A DNA stretch of 64,000 bases from Rhizodiscina lignyota (lineage: Eukaryota), in NCBI GenBank assembly GCA_010015805.1, contig ML978132.1:124001-188000 (forward strand), read 5' to 3'. Of the stretch, positions 10,304 through 22,481 are shown piece after piece. The position numbers and the translations under genes are program-made. The notes under the pieces were generated by a model. It searched no databases, was not told the DNA's origin, and saw nothing but the letters and a program-made list of their open reading frames with translations. Position 1 is the first letter of the stretch. Each line of letters opens with the position of its first letter.

Positions 10304-12080
10304 CTTGGCGAGATTTGAATGGCCAGTCTTGATTGTTCGTAAAGGATCCAACAGCTGCAGAAGAGAAATGCAAGGGACACGAGGACAACGGGGTATCATA
10401 TCAATCCTGGGTCCTCCGCCGATACCGTCGCTCAGGATCCAACCCCGAGGTAATCTCACGATCTCCGCATATTGGTGGATCATGCACCATCCCCATGGGG
10501 TCGGTCTTACAGTCCAGGTGCGGTAAGAGAGAGCTGCGTCAGTGGCGGTACACCATGATACCACAAGCGAGCGAGCCCTAGGGTTTCAAGCACACCGCTG
10601 TGCCGCTAGACAGTAAGGTGATCTTGGAATCGGCAGGCTTCGGCATCATTTGATTATTGCGGTGTCGTGGTACCAAGCTGGAAATTGATTTGGTGAGCAG
10701 GTGGAATACTCCGTAGTGCCACGGAAAGATAGTAGCGACGGTCTGGAGCGACCATTGGGTCCCCACATTTGCGTTTTTGAGCTTCCTGCAACTATCAGGG
10801 AATCCAGCGAACGGCATTGGAGCGGTTCCCCAGGTTCACTCAGCGGAAATGTCGATCCACGGGGATCCACGGGAATACAGGGGACACAAGGTAAGACACG
10901 GTGAGACGTGTGTATGTGCGGTAGTGTACCTTCAACCCTAACCCCGCGCATCATTTACTGGATGGGAGGGTTAGCCCGCTTCACCATCGAGATACCGAAC
11001 GACTTCGCGGGGGAACAGCCGAAGCTCCTTCGGACCGACTTGTCGAGGCTGGAAATGAAGTGCTTTATTAGTCAAGGTTAGAGGGCTACGTTGACGCTAT
11101 GACTCGGTCTGCCTATTGGTTCATTATTTCCGTGAGTTAGAATATGTGCGTTGACATCTCGAGTATGAACAAAGGTTGAGAGACGAAGGATCAATAATTT
11201 ATAGAAAATGTCAGATGAGATTTATTACATTTGCTGAAAAGAAAGGCCATGACCCTCATCTAAGCTCAGAATAGCAATTATTATAGTAATGTGGTAATAT
11301 TTTCGTTATTTCCGGAATAGCTCCGTTATCGGACCCACATTCCCGATATCGTAAGTTATGCCTCCCCTCGCACAAAACCTGCTTTCTTCATAGAGAGTAT
11401 TATGTTCTCGGGCCTTCATGGAAGATAGGCGCAAAGATCGACCGAAACAATGGGAATTTGCATTTCAATTTGAGAGAGGCCGTGCAACAATAGGTATCTG
11501 AACTGCCTTCAAGACATGCATTTGCAGTCTCGTCAGGCACCAGGATCACCGCAGTCCGGAAGTTTGCTTCAGTGCTAACTACTCCGTCCAATACTCGGTC
11601 ACTTCACGGAACGCCGCGGATCCAGACTAGTTAGCAGATATGCCGCCATCCTCAGTGGCAGCCTCGTTGCATGGAAAAGTGGGCCTTCTGGACGCAGACC
11701 ACCTCTGGCGAGGGTCGAGACCAAAATGTTATGAGCAGCATTGCTTGATGAGTCTGGGCGGTTGTGTGTTATTGGCTAGTGAATTATTATTGGCCCTATG
11801 CTGAGAACTTCGAGAGCATGAGAAGCGAGAAATGCATGAACATGCCATAAGGGTATCTGAATGCAAACCAGCAATTGAGAGCCACCTTTTCGACGCCATG
11901 AAATGCCCAGCGCTACGTCAGAGACGGCTTTTGGAAAACAAAGACAACCTCGGTATCATCCAGGAAAAGCTCCTCGTGCAAAAAGAGACCTCTTTCTGAA
12001 AGACATACTGCATTTGAAAAGCAAAAAAGAAAAGGAAAGAAAATTAGTCGCCTATTAACGCCATGGTCCCCCTTCAACAC

Positions 12081-15000
12081 TTAAGCAGTGTCAGATTCCC
12101 CATCAGTGAGATAGCTAAGGTCAAAGACTTCTCTTTCCTCTTCGGCTTCATCTTCGGACAGGCTTCCAGACTGCCCCGAGATCTCGTCTGGCAGCTGAGG
12201 CGGAAATCTGAAGCCCTGGGAACCTATCAGGGGAAACTTTTGGGGACTTTGATTCGGAGCTTTCATCAAACTGTTGGACTGCTTTTCACTCTTAATGAAG
12301 GCTCTCGTTGCTCTGGGAGGTAAATCGAAAGCACCGTCTGTCATGACGCTCAAGTCTGGCGGGGAGCGCTTCTTTTTCGTCGTTGTGGTAGGTTTTGAGT
12401 TATCACTGCTGTCTCCCGTAAGATCAATACGTTCAGCAATAGTACGAGTATTTGCCTGGTTTGGTACCGGTGATAACGGGGCCCTGGACTTGCCAGGAGA
12501 TTTGCCAGTTGCCGGTGAACGTTCAGCAGCAGGCGAGCCGTCGCGCCTGGAAATTTCCTTCGGGGCCTCGCTAGCGGCCGGCTTGTCGTTATCGGCCGCT
12601 CTTCCTACGTCAGGCGCAGATCTAGGCGGACGAGGGTTGGAAGGGCGCTGCAGAGTTGGCTTAGGAAGCTCCGGCGGAGCAGAAGAACGAATGAGGTTGG
12701 CAGAGTTCGCCTTCGCAATCAGTGAATTTTCTCGAAGCTCACGGGACTCTCTGCGGGATGCGCTCGCAGGTTGGGTAGATGCAGCGCGTATGGCGCTATT
12801 TTGTCTGCGTTCCGCGTTCAGATGAATCGGGGAGTCAAGGCGTCGCTGTTCATCTACATTCGGTGTATTCGTGGTAGTGTGACGTCCTCCCAGGGCGCTA
12901 GGGGAAACGCTCGAAGACGATGGTTTAGCCTTCAAGGGAGAAGGAGAACGAGGGCCAAGGTTGAAGAAGGTCCTCTTTTGAGATGTCGTAATGGTGGGAC
13001 CCGAACTTTTGGTCTCATTGCCACCACTCGCTGGATGTGAATCGTCTGAAGAGCGTTGGCTACCTTTATCATCAGTCGATCGGGAAGCCTTGGGTGGAGA
13101 TTCGGTGCGACGGGTTGGAGGGGCCATCTGGTCCATGCTCTCGATTGGTGAGACATGCGAAATGGGAACATTAGCCGACGTAGATGTTGGAGGATTCATC
13201 GGCGCGACTGGTGCAACATAGTCGGTTCGATCCAATTGCGTGCTGAAACCTGGTTCGGGCACCAAGCTTTGGTTGGAAAGGGTACTCTTTGCAGGATTGG
13301 CCATTTCGGCGATGGAAACCGATGTCGATGGGGTGTCGGCTTTGCCCATGTTCATAATAACATTCTTCACCCATTCTACTGCCTTCTCTGTGTTCCACCG
13401 CGCTTGCTTGAGAGCATCTGCAATGAGATTAGGTTTAGCATCTGGAACTGCCTTGGTGACTATGTCGATTCTGTGCTGCTGTTCGGCGTGTGGAATTTGG
13501 GTTCCCATCGGGCCTAGTCTGGCTCCAGGATGGGTGAAAGCAGTGGGAGTAGAAGCCGTTGCGGCTGTGGGATTCCGCCCTAATCCAGCCTGTTGGTAAA
13601 CAGCCTGCTGATAGCGTCCTGGGTCTTCCTTGCGCATCTTCTCCAACTTGAATTCGTCCTCAACTTCCCTCTCCTCTTCAGCGGTCAATTCTTCATCCGC
13701 AAACTCTGCTTGCAATGTCTCGGTTGTTGTGATTGCTTTGATAGGATACTTTTCGCCCATCGTTTTCCGAGCTTCAAGCACGTGGTCCAGAACAACCTTA
13801 TCCTTGCCGATGTGCTCATCCAGGTCCTCAGCTGGCACGTCTCGAGGCTCAAACAAGAAGTCTGACGTCTTGAGTGCTTGACTGCTTATCTTCTTCTTTT
13901 CGACGACTCTGAAGGCAAGCTGTGTTTTGAATACTGACATGTTGTACAAAGCCTCTTCAAATGTCCCACCGGTGACGAATCGGTATACGAAGACGGGTTT
14001 CTCTTGACCCAAGCGATACGCTCGGCCGACAGCTTGCTCTTCATGGGTTGGGTTGAAGCCAAAGTCGAGAAGAACCACGCGGTTAGCCCCAGGAATGTTG
14101 ATGCCGACGCCGCCCGCGGTAGTAGAGATCAGTAAGACGTCATACTCTCCTTCATTCAAGGCTTTTGCTAGACCTTGTCGTTTCTGCGGCGACACTGACC
14201 CATCCATTCTCGCCGCCTTGATTTTGCGCAGTCTCATGAGTTCCTCGAGATAATCCAAAGTCGGAATACTGTGCGAAAAGACGAGGACTCGATCTTTGAC
14301 TTCCAATTTCAAAGAACGCGTGATGACCTGCATTGCAAAGATAGCTTTCGCTGTATGCGTGGTATCCATGATGTTGGTGTGGGCCGTTGCTAAAATTGCC
14401 TGAAGCTCTTTTACAAGGTCGGCAGGGATGAGTTCTTTGATTGGCTTATCGTCAAGAGCTTTGGTAAAAGCTTCATCAACATTGTCCTGGCCTTGATCAT
14501 CCTTCTTCTGGGAATTAGTTGTCTTTGTCTTCTTAGGTTTTGGCTTCTTTTTGGAATTCGTGGCCAGCGGAGCATTGAGCTTTATCTGAAGCGCTCTTGG
14601 ATGGTTACAGGCAAGCTGCAATAATGCCATCCACTTGAACAAATTGGCAGTAGATACTTCGCCATTCGCAAGGGCGGCGCGGATAATGGCGGAGCATAGG
14701 TCCTTTTGAATGCCGGTAAGTCCAACTTTCAGAACGAATTCCAGTTTTGGCTTGAGGTTGCCTCTCAGGACCTCAATGTTTGCGCGGTTGACTTTTGGTG
14801 CAATTTCGCGATTGAGGACGTGCAATCTCTTCAACGCCTTCCGATGTTGAGACTTGCTGCTGCTCTTGTATAGGCCTTGTTCGATCGGGTCCTTGTAATA
14901 GTTTCTGAATTCCGTCGCATCTCCTAAGAAGCCCGGAGCGACCCATTCAATCATTGCAAAATACTCCAGTAAGTTGTTCGCAAGAGGTGAGCCTGTCAGC

Positions 15001-18000
15001 GCAATTCGGGACGTCGACTTGAACCGCGCAGCTACCCTTCCAAGTAGTGAGCTAATTGATTTCAAGCTGTGAGCTTCGTCGGCGATGATCAAAGTCGGAC
15101 TCTCTAGCAAAATCTTTGCCAGTTCTTTTCGCTCTTCCTCGACCAACTTGCCCCCCTTTCTCTTGACATGGTCACCGTCATTGACAAGGTCACGGAACAT
15201 CTGGTACCCAATGAGCAACACCCCACCTTTTTTATCCCATTCGCGTCCATTGTCAAGTCGATCTGAAGGTGAGGTTATAGAGGTGTCTATCCAGAAAACT
15301 TTGCCAACATCTTTCATAAGGCTTCCGGGGAGCCACTTGATAAACTCTTCCCTCCAATTGTTAATGAGCATTGGAGGACACAGGATGAGGGTTCTCAATC
15401 CACGCAGAGTAGGCGAGAGCTGCTCAGATACCTCAGGATCTTTCGCAGCTACAGAGAGCGTATGGATAAACGCAATTGTCTGCATAGTCTTTCCAAGCCC
15501 CATAGTATGCGCAAGCAGACAACCCTCACCGCCAGTGACAACCTCACGCCACATGAAGCGAACGCCTTCGAGTTGATGCGGTTGCATGTTTGAAGAGATG
15601 GCAACATCGATGTAAATGAATTGGTTTTCGTCCACCTCGTCCACATTGACAACTTCTCCTGCAGAATCCTCGTCGCGTGTTGATTGGCTGTGCATATCCA
15701 AGAACCGCTGGGTATGCTTCTGGGACTCAAGTTGTCGGAACTGAGCCTTTTTGCGCCTCTCCATTGCCTCAGTATTCTGTTTCACTTCCTTCTTTCGACT
15801 TGAACTGAGTTGCTCGAGGACATCCTCATCAGATAATTCATCAGATGAATCGGAAGGCTCCTCCTCCTCTTGATCATCATCGACTGTGTCTGGCGATGTG
15901 ATCGGTTCCTGGTGCTGCTCAAAGAAACCTTTCAAAATTGCTCGGAACTGCGCAATAGCTTCCTTGAGACGAGGTCTGCTGAGTAAATCGTTCTGGGTTC
16001 CTGTCAGGTCCTCCTTGAATTTCGTGTGATCGCATTCTTCGAAAATGACCAACAGGCGAGCAAACTCAAACATAAGTGAGGAAGTGTTGATGTCTACACC
16101 TTTGAGCTTCTTCTCGCCCTGGTGCAGGGCCTTAAGCGCACGATACACTTCGTCATTGAAGTCAACGGCCTGGATGCTGGAAAACCGGGCTCTTAAAAGC
16201 TCGAATAGTTCCAAGCGGAGGGTGAGGAGGACCTTGAAGACGACCTGCTTGCGCATGTTTTGTTCTTCGAGGTATTCCCAATCGTGCTTCACGATCTCTT
16301 CAGCGCTCAGTTGTTTGGTAGGGTGTTGGCTCGAGCCGGATGCAACAGTTTGCGATGGTGGGGCAGGCGTGTTAGATTTAGCAGGCGAGTCCGTATCGGA
16401 ATCTTCACCACAGAGATCAATGACTTCCGGACCATTACCGGTATTCGCCATTTGAGTCATGCTAGGCTCTTGCTTCGTTATCTTTGGATGGTCGACGTCC
16501 ATTCCTAAGCCTGTGTCGGCTGGATTCGGTTCAGCGCCACCATTATCGCTCTCCACTGAGTAGAAACTCAGAGGTGAGGTCCGCAGAGGTTGTTCCTCAT
16601 CTGCGCCAGCAACAGTGTTGTTCCGACCAAGCTCGTCTGGAGTGCGCTTTCTCGGAGGGAAAGCCTCATCGTCCTCTTCAATGAATCCTTCTAGAGCAAC
16701 CCCCACAATGTCTGAGTCGCTATCCAGAGACATGCCGTCTTCATCATCCACAGTAGCAAGTTTCTCCTTTTTCTTCTTGAGCAAAGTAGTCGGTGGCTTC
16801 TCTGGTGCTTGTCGCCTCTTCAAAACGTCCATTTTGAAAAGCTCCTTTTCTCGGTCGACGATCGTTGGCTCCATGCTCCGGCAGGCTTTGATGAGTTCTT
16901 GTTCTTTCCACTCAGAATGAAGGAAGTGCTCTTTCTGTTTGGCGAGCCTATGCGTCAGATTTTTCACGTTCTTCTGTGCAAATGCGATTCGGTCCGCGCG
17001 AGATAAGTTTATCGCATTCTGCTTCCATATACTCCAGGCTTTGTTCTCCTGAAGTGGAAGCTTCTCCGCCTTCCACGTGTCAATATAACCTTGAACAGTC
17101 TCATCGATAACCTCGGCCGCCCTCTTATCAGTGAGAGGGCCATTATTCCTCGCACCCTCTAGCTCTGCCTTCTCCTCCTCAATCTCACGTTCAATGTCCG
17201 AGTCGAAACCACTTTCGTTGTCGGAATCGCCAGCCGCAGGGAGAACATCAGGGTCATCGCTTGCATGTCTTTTGCCATTCCATTTTTCGATAAGATAGTT
17301 GTACTGATCGCCGGAGGAATCGGTTTCCGCGTCCCCGAGAAGGCCATATCCAGCCTCGATGAATTGCGGATCTTCTCTGGTGACGGCTTCTGTTTGAGGA
17401 TCGAAAAGAAGGCCCGAACGATGGCTGCTCTTCTTACTTGCGCCAGCCCGATAAGGATACACCACAACTGCCTTCTGCCCATTTCGATCTACCTCCTCAC
17501 GCTCTGCATTATGCAAGAAATGTTGCATTTGCCTGTTTACGAATTGTTGCTGGCCAATCAGGTGTTGTTGAGGAGCGTGAAGGGCAATGGAGAAGTCGAG
17601 CTGTTGTGGATCATCAACCTTCGCGTCGGTGGTAAGAGACGAGTCGTAAAGAACAACTTCTTCGCCCAACTTGGCATCGCCGAAGAAGAGCTGTTCTACG
17701 GCCATCTTCTTCAAACCAAGGAAGTAATTGGAAGCATCTTCAAGTAGAGATGCCGATTTGGGTGAAGCAATATTGACAATACCACCATTGTTCAACTTGC
17801 GCCGCTTCCTTCCAGACTTGTCTTCCACGAGTGCTTCTCCTGGTCGCGTGTGCGTGCCCACAGGTCCCAGCGCCAAAGCATTCTCTTCCACGTGTGCTGA
17901 TTGGGTCGCTTGATTTGTAGAGGGCAGGGCCAGGTGTGGTGCGGCTTGATCAGTCTTGAACGTTCCTTCAACCACCATTGCGGGTTTGATAATTGAGTGT

Positions 18001-18434
18001 GTCACCTCCGGTATAGCACTCTGAGGGCGAGACAGACGGCCGGACACGCTGTCATGTTCGAAATGAACTCCTGGGACGGTACGGACACTCGGGGTCACGC
18101 TGAAGATTGATTGCTGTCGTTCGACATCACTCTTCTCCTCCGAGAAGTGTTTCTGCGAGATTCTTTGGAGATCTTTGATCGCATTGTGAATGGAAGCTCT
18201 TTGGCCAATGGACCGAATTTTTGCCTCGTTCTGGAGAACATCCTTGTCGATGGATGTTAGCAGCGTGCTGCCATTGACATCATTATCCCGGAGGAATGCT
18301 TCGAACGCGACGGGGTCCGGCAATGCAGAGTGCGGTTTGTCTTTCCAAAGATCTCTGGACTTGCAGAAGTTTTGAACAACATCATCAACACTCCAGTTCC
18401 AGGGATCTCCGGCAGGATCTGCGGCCTGATCCAT
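12081..18434 (-). CDS. SNF2-family chromatin-remodelling ATPase, ATRX/RAD54L2-like subfamily, with an N-terminal SAM-like domain
   Basis: Motifs HQLEGVRFMW, GCLLAHTMGLGKTMQ, IIADEAH, ALTGSPLANNLLEY, LLISTTAGGVGIN and EEQAVGRAYRLGQ. LAHxMGLGKT is typical of the ATRX/ARIP4 group. First ATG is at 18434 (about 2117 aa). Confidence 0.88.
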   Translation of the reverse strand: MDQAADPAGDPWNWSVDDVVQNFCKSRDLWKDKPHSALPDPVAFEAFLRDNDVNGSTLLTSIDKDVLQNEAKIRSIGQRASIHNAIKDLQRISQKHFSEEKSDVERQQSIFSVTPSVRTVPGVHFEHDSVSGRLSRPQSAIPEVTHSIIKPAMVVEGTFKTDQAAPHLALPSTNQATQSAHVEENALALGPVGTHTRPGEALVEDKSGRKRRKLNNGGIVNIASPKSASLLEDASNYFLGLKKMAVEQLFFGDAKLGEEVVLYDSSLTTDAKVDDPQQLDFSIALHAPQQHLIGQQQFVNRQMQHFLHNAEREEVDRNGQKAVVVYPYRAGASKKSSHRSGLLFDPQTEAVTREDPQFIEAGYGLLGDAETDSSGDQYNYLIEKWNGKRHASDDPDVLPAAGDSDNESGFDSDIEREIEEEKAELEGARNNGPLTDKRAAEVIDETVQGYIDTWKAEKLPLQENKAWSIWKQNAINLSRADRIAFAQKNVKNLTHRLAKQKEHFLHSEWKEQELIKACRSMEPTIVDREKELFKMDVLKRRQAPEKPPTTLLKKKKEKLATVDDEDGMSLDSDSDIVGVALEGFIEEDDEAFPPRKRTPDELGRNNTVAGADEEQPLRTSPLSFYSVESDNGGAEPNPADTGLGMDVDHPKITKQEPSMTQMANTGNGPEVIDLCGEDSDTDSPAKSNTPAPPSQTVASGSSQHPTKQLSAEEIVKHDWEYLEEQNMRKQVVFKVLLTLRLELFELLRARFSSIQAVDFNDEVYRALKALHQGEKKLKGVDINTSSLMFEFARLLVIFEECDHTKFKEDLTGTQNDLLSRPRLKEAIAQFRAILKGFFEQHQEPITSPDTVDDDQEEEEPSDSSDELSDEDVLEQLSSSRKKEVKQNTEAMERRKKAQFRQLESQKHTQRFLDMHSQSTRDEDSAGEVVNVDEVDENQFIYIDVAISSNMQPHQLEGVRFMWREVVTGGEGCLLAHTMGLGKTMQTIAFIHTLSVAAKDPEVSEQLSPTLRGLRTLILCPPMLINNWREEFIKWLPGSLMKDVGKVFWIDTSITSPSDRLDNGREWDKKGGVLLIGYQMFRDLVNDGDHVKRKGGKLVEEERKELAKILLESPTLIIADEAHSLKSISSLLGRVAARFKSTSRIALTGSPLANNLLEYFAMIEWVAPGFLGDATEFRNYYKDPIEQGLYKSSSKSQHRKALKRLHVLNREIAPKVNRANIEVLRGNLKPKLEFVLKVGLTGIQKDLCSAIIRAALANGEVSTANLFKWMALLQLACNHPRALQIKLNAPLATNSKKKPKPKKTKTTNSQKKDDQGQDNVDEAFTKALDDKPIKELIPADLVKELQAILATAHTNIMDTTHTAKAIFAMQVITRSLKLEVKDRVLVFSHSIPTLDYLEELMRLRKIKAARMDGSVSPQKRQGLAKALNEGEYDVLLISTTAGGVGINIPGANRVVLLDFGFNPTHEEQAVGRAYRLGQEKPVFVYRFVTGGTFEEALYNMSVFKTQLAFRVVEKKKISSQALKTSDFLFEPRDVPAEDLDEHIGKDKVVLDHVLEARKTMGEKYPIKAITTTETLQAEFADEELTAEEEREVEDEFKLEKMRKEDPGRYQQAVYQQAGLGRNPTAATASTPTAFTHPGARLGPMGTQIPHAEQQHRIDIVTKAVPDAKPNLIADALKQARWNTEKAVEWVKNVIMNMGKADTPSTSVSIAEMANPAKSTLSNQSLVPEPGFSTQLDRTDYVAPVAPMNPPTSTSANVPISHVSPIESMDQMAPPTRRTESPPKASRSTDDKGSQRSSDDSHPASGGNETKSSGPTITTSQKRTFFNLGPRSPSPLKAKPSSSSVSPSALGGRHTTTNTPNVDEQRRLDSPIHLNAERRQNSAIRAASTQPASASRRESRELRENSLIAKANSANLIRSSAPPELPKPTLQRPSNPRPPRSAPDVGRAADNDKPAASEAPKEISRRDGSPAAERSPATGKSPGKSRAPLSPVPNQANTRTIAERIDLTGDSSDNSKPTTTTKKKRSPPDLSVMTDGAFDLPPRATRAFIKSEKQSNSLMKAPNQSPQKFPLIGSQGFRFPPQLPDEISGQSGSLSEDEAEEEREVFDLSYLTDGESDTA

Positions 18435-19233
18435 GCCGGGCGGCTTTCCCACTCGCGTGAATGCAGTGACTAGGAATCGAAGAATCTCCTGTAAGAGAAA
18501 TTGTTCTGGGGAATCTCAAGAAACCAGGCAATGTAAGTCGTGTTGCAAGTCGCCTAAGCGAAAACGAGGTCGAAATCGACTTGTGGGAAGCTTCACAAGC
18601 TCTGGCGCAAGGTAGAGAAACGCGCGCGCGAGTGACTGCGAAAGCTCCTCTCCGAAGAAGATGTAGTACAAAAACGCCTGGCAAACCCGTAAAGTGCGGT
18701 GAGATAGTTTCAGAGGGATATGAAGGAGATAATTACTGTAAATCACGCGTTTCTGAAACTAGCGTGGTGGTCGATTGGAGAGATGGATGGACGTGTCAAA
18801 GTGAGGATAGAGACCAAAATACCCAGATAGGTAAAGAAAATTTTGGCCGGAGCAAGAGAAATACCGGAGCACGATCACCAGACCGTGTTGGTGGTAGTGA
18901 AGAAGGCATACCTCAAACACTCATAGTTGCTGCCCCATCTCCCATCTCGTGGGGAAGGCACGATGGATCATGGCACAGCTCAGCCGCAGCCGCGCGCTAC
19001 GATAGGATATCTGATACGATAGCCAGGCTTGGCATAGTCTCTCCGCGCCCTTCTTCGTTACATGAGGATTATGTCAGCCTCTATATCAGATTGCCTGACT
19101 AATTCCTGACTATTAAATCGGGCTTCCAATACCTCATGAAATTCTCATACTGCGTCCTCATTTCCCATTCTCAATCTCACGTCGAGATTGATCTGAATTT
19201 CATTCTGTCTCCTTGGACTTATCGATTGTCGTG

Positions 19234-20893
19234 ATGGCGAATTCAATTTACCCGCCATACCCACCGCCTCTCACAGCAGAGCAAACAGAATATCTCTTTA
19301 CAACGTTAAAAGATTGGACAATTGCACATGGGCTTGCGGTTAGACCAGCTCCGGGCTTCGTCTCGAAAGAGCAAGATCCTTCTGGAGTGCTTGCAACCAC
19401 TGCTCCTGTTACACTTTTCCCGAGCCTGTTCCCTCGAAGTTGCTTTGATGAGGCATTAAGTATTCAGGAACTGTACAACGAGTTCTACTCTCGAGTTGCA
19501 AGAGACGAAAGATGGCTGGAAGGAATTGTGAATGAGTACGTCTACGCAGCTCACAGCCGGAAGAGGTCACATCACGTAGTCCTGAGTACTGATATATTTG
19601 CAGACTAATTGGCGTAGATGATTTCATCGCCAATCTATGGCGGATTCATCTCGAAGTGAAGCGAGAAGGCTATGTGCAGGTACAGACCCCCTCGAACATA
19701 TCTTTTCACTCAGCTGATAATATTAGGATCTCTCTCTAGGACTTTTCCGCTCGGACTACATGGTTCACATCAATGACGAAGGCTCTGATAAGAAGCTGCA
19801 AATTAAACAAGTCGAGTTCAACACCATTGCATCGTCGTTCGGCGGTCTTGCATGGGAGGTCTCGACACTTCATAAATACCTTCTCTCGGTCGACGCGTAC
19901 CCAGGAGGCCCTAAAACCGTACCGATGCATGGAAACCTAGCGACAAGCAACTCCGTCCCAGGGCTCGCAGCAGGGCTTGCCGTTGCACACAAAACATATG
20001 AGCCAAGCAACGAATTTAATCGCCTATGTGTAATCTTCCTTGTGCAGGACCCAGAGCGCAATGTCTTTGACCAACGTCATCTAGAATATGCATTGTTGGC
20101 ACAGCACGGCATACGCTCATTTCGACTACCGTGGCAGCGCATCCTACAAGATACTGAGATGACGGCGAAGCGGACGCTGGTGTATAGACCGCCGCATCTT
20201 CCAGACTTGCCCTGTGAAGTCAGTACAATCTATTTCAGAGCCGGCTATTCGCCGGACGAATACAAGAGCGAGCAAGACTGGACGGCTCGACTCCACCTCG
20301 AACGGAGTAGAGCTATCAAGTGTCCGACTGTGCTGACGCAGCTCGCGGGGTGCAAGAAGGTGCAGCAAGTTCTTGCAACGCCAGGCAAGCCGCCTCGGCG
20401 GTTTATGTGCGACGGCGAGAGACTGGCGAAATTGATGCAGACGTTTATGCCAATGTATCCAATGGACGACGGCGAAGCCGGCCAAGAAGGAAAAAGGCTT
20501 GCATTGGATCCAGAGTCAGCAAATAGGTACGTCTTGAAACCTCAGAGAGAAGGCGGCGGCAACAATGTGTACCGAAAGAAGATTCCGGAATTCTTGAAGA
20601 GCATTCCCGAATCACACTGGCCAGCATGGATATTGATGGAGATGATTGAACCCCCGGCGCTCAGAAATGCAATCCTGCGGAACGGCGAGATCCAGGAGGG
20701 TGGTGTCATTGGAGAGCTCGGGGTATATGGAGCTTGCCTGTGGAGAAGTGGGACCGGGGAAGAAGGCCAGGGAGAGATCTTGCGAAACTTCGAGGCCGGG
20801 TACCTTCTCAGGACGAAAGGCGACCAAAGCGAAGAAGGTGGAGTCGCGGCGGGTTTTGGTGCCGTTGACAGTTGTTGCTTGGTTGATCTGTGA
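19234..20893 (+). CDS. GSH2: Glutathione synthetase (eukaryotic type); 3 exons
   Basis: Motifs APVTLFPS, LGLFRSDYM, KQVEFNTIASSFGG, YFRAGYSP, LAGCKKVQQ, YVLKPQREGGGNN and EGGVAAGFGAVDS. Introns lie near 19535-19604 and 19680-19727. Confidence 0.95.
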
Positions 20894-22481
20894 AGTTCGT
20901 GATGATTCATGGAGAACTGTCCGGCTCAATACTCCGTAGAGAGATCTAGATTGCGTTACTGCTAATGCAAATCGCCGAGATGCATCAACTCGCTCGGCCA
21001 TTACTGGAAGTCTTTTGGGGCATTTCGACTTGGGAGGCACAGCGCTTTGTGTGATTACAGAAGCTGGAGACGCAGTGGAAGTGAGTAAGACAAACGTCCG
21101 TTCCTCATAGAGAAACAAGGATAACCTTGCCCAATGACTGCGAACTCATTAACTCTCTGTCCGTCGCACAGCGCCGATAATGCGGATGGCTGGTGGTACA
21201 GCCTCGTCCCGAAGCGAGCTCGCTACACATGTGGTTACGGATAGAGCGTGGCATGTGTCTCTTCGCCGGAGAAGGCATCAATGGCAGCTGGAAGAAAGGA
21301 ATATTTTTCACGGGTGGCGGGTCCAATAAATCGCGTTCTAAACGGGGAATTTCGTCGCGAAATTTGGAGACGAATCTGAAAGCAGAGGTTCCCCTGGCTA
21401 ACGATGGCTTGCGGCCGCTTCCCCCAGCTCTGGCCGCCGCCTGCGTGGCTTGCTGAACATTGGAGCGTCGCGCCCGCTCTCCGCACAACAGCTCCAGTGC
21501 TGCTCCACGGACTTTGCTCCTTTTAGTCCTCCCGATCTCATGCCCAGCCCTGCCGGCTATTCTGCCTTTGGCCTCACGCGTCGAACTCTGCTGTCCCAAT
21601 TGGCTGTGCTGGGGAAATTCCCGGCCTCCATTGGGCAATCGAACCCTGCGAAGATCTCTCCGCTCCTGCAAACGAGCGTCTTGCACGTCGCGGATGCGGC
21701 AGCAAAAGCCTGCTTCCGAGGTGACGACGTGCATTGGAATGCATCCTCCACTTCGAGAACCGGTTGTCATGCTTGCACACCTGTAACAGCAGCATCATCG
21801 GCATGTCATGCCATAATAGCGCAAAGGCCGCGGCTCACTTTCGTCAGCAATTCAGTGCGCGCCTGCGACTGTCAAACTCCAGTGTCGAGAGCCACTCGTT
21901 GTCCCTGAGAACGGGCTCGTTTAGCTCTTCGAGCGCGGTGTGGCGCTCGCACCAGGCGCTGGAACATCGAAATTCGTCGACCAGATGGCACCATGGCTGG
22001 AGGAGGTTTTGATCTCTTTAATTTCCCTTTCTTCATGCGGTTAGCAGGCATTCCCAGTGCAAAGGATTGGCCGATTCAGCCCAAGCTCCCCGACGGTATG
22101 CTGGGGCTTGCATGTTAGGCCTGCTGCTTTCTGCAGATCCCTCTTCTCTGGGTCCATCTCTTTTGGGTTTCTTGATTGAAAGTCACTTCTTCCGTGTTTT
22201 TCAACTCCTTTGCGCTTGTGAGCGTTTCGTGTTCTTATCGCATTGCAGTTCCTTTCGTCATCTCTCTCGTTACACGCGGAGCGCAAGTACTACTAACCAC
22301 TATCGTTCACTTAAGCGCCGTGTACGAATAAATCTAGAGCTTAACGACCACCGACTGAAAGGCTGCGACTTTGCCGCATAGCTTTGGCAATTGTACGTCA
22401 CGGCGGGACTGGTTTTGAGAACATGGCATCGCGATAGCACTGTGAAAACCAAAACACAATCGCTCAGCCACAGCGATCATT

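Noticed and set aside
10400..12050. 1.7-kb gene-free stretch checked for ncRNA or transposon remnants
   Set aside because: No tRNA boxes, terminal repeats, transposase fragments or strong RIP-like AT enrichment visible by eye. It is likely transporter promoter plus SNF2 3' UTR. A covariance-model search would be needed to exclude small RNAs.
20950..22450. Several overlapping 60-220 aa ORFs between GSH2 and the membrane-protein gene
   Set aside because: No recognisable motifs or consistent gene structure; probably intergenic or UTR.
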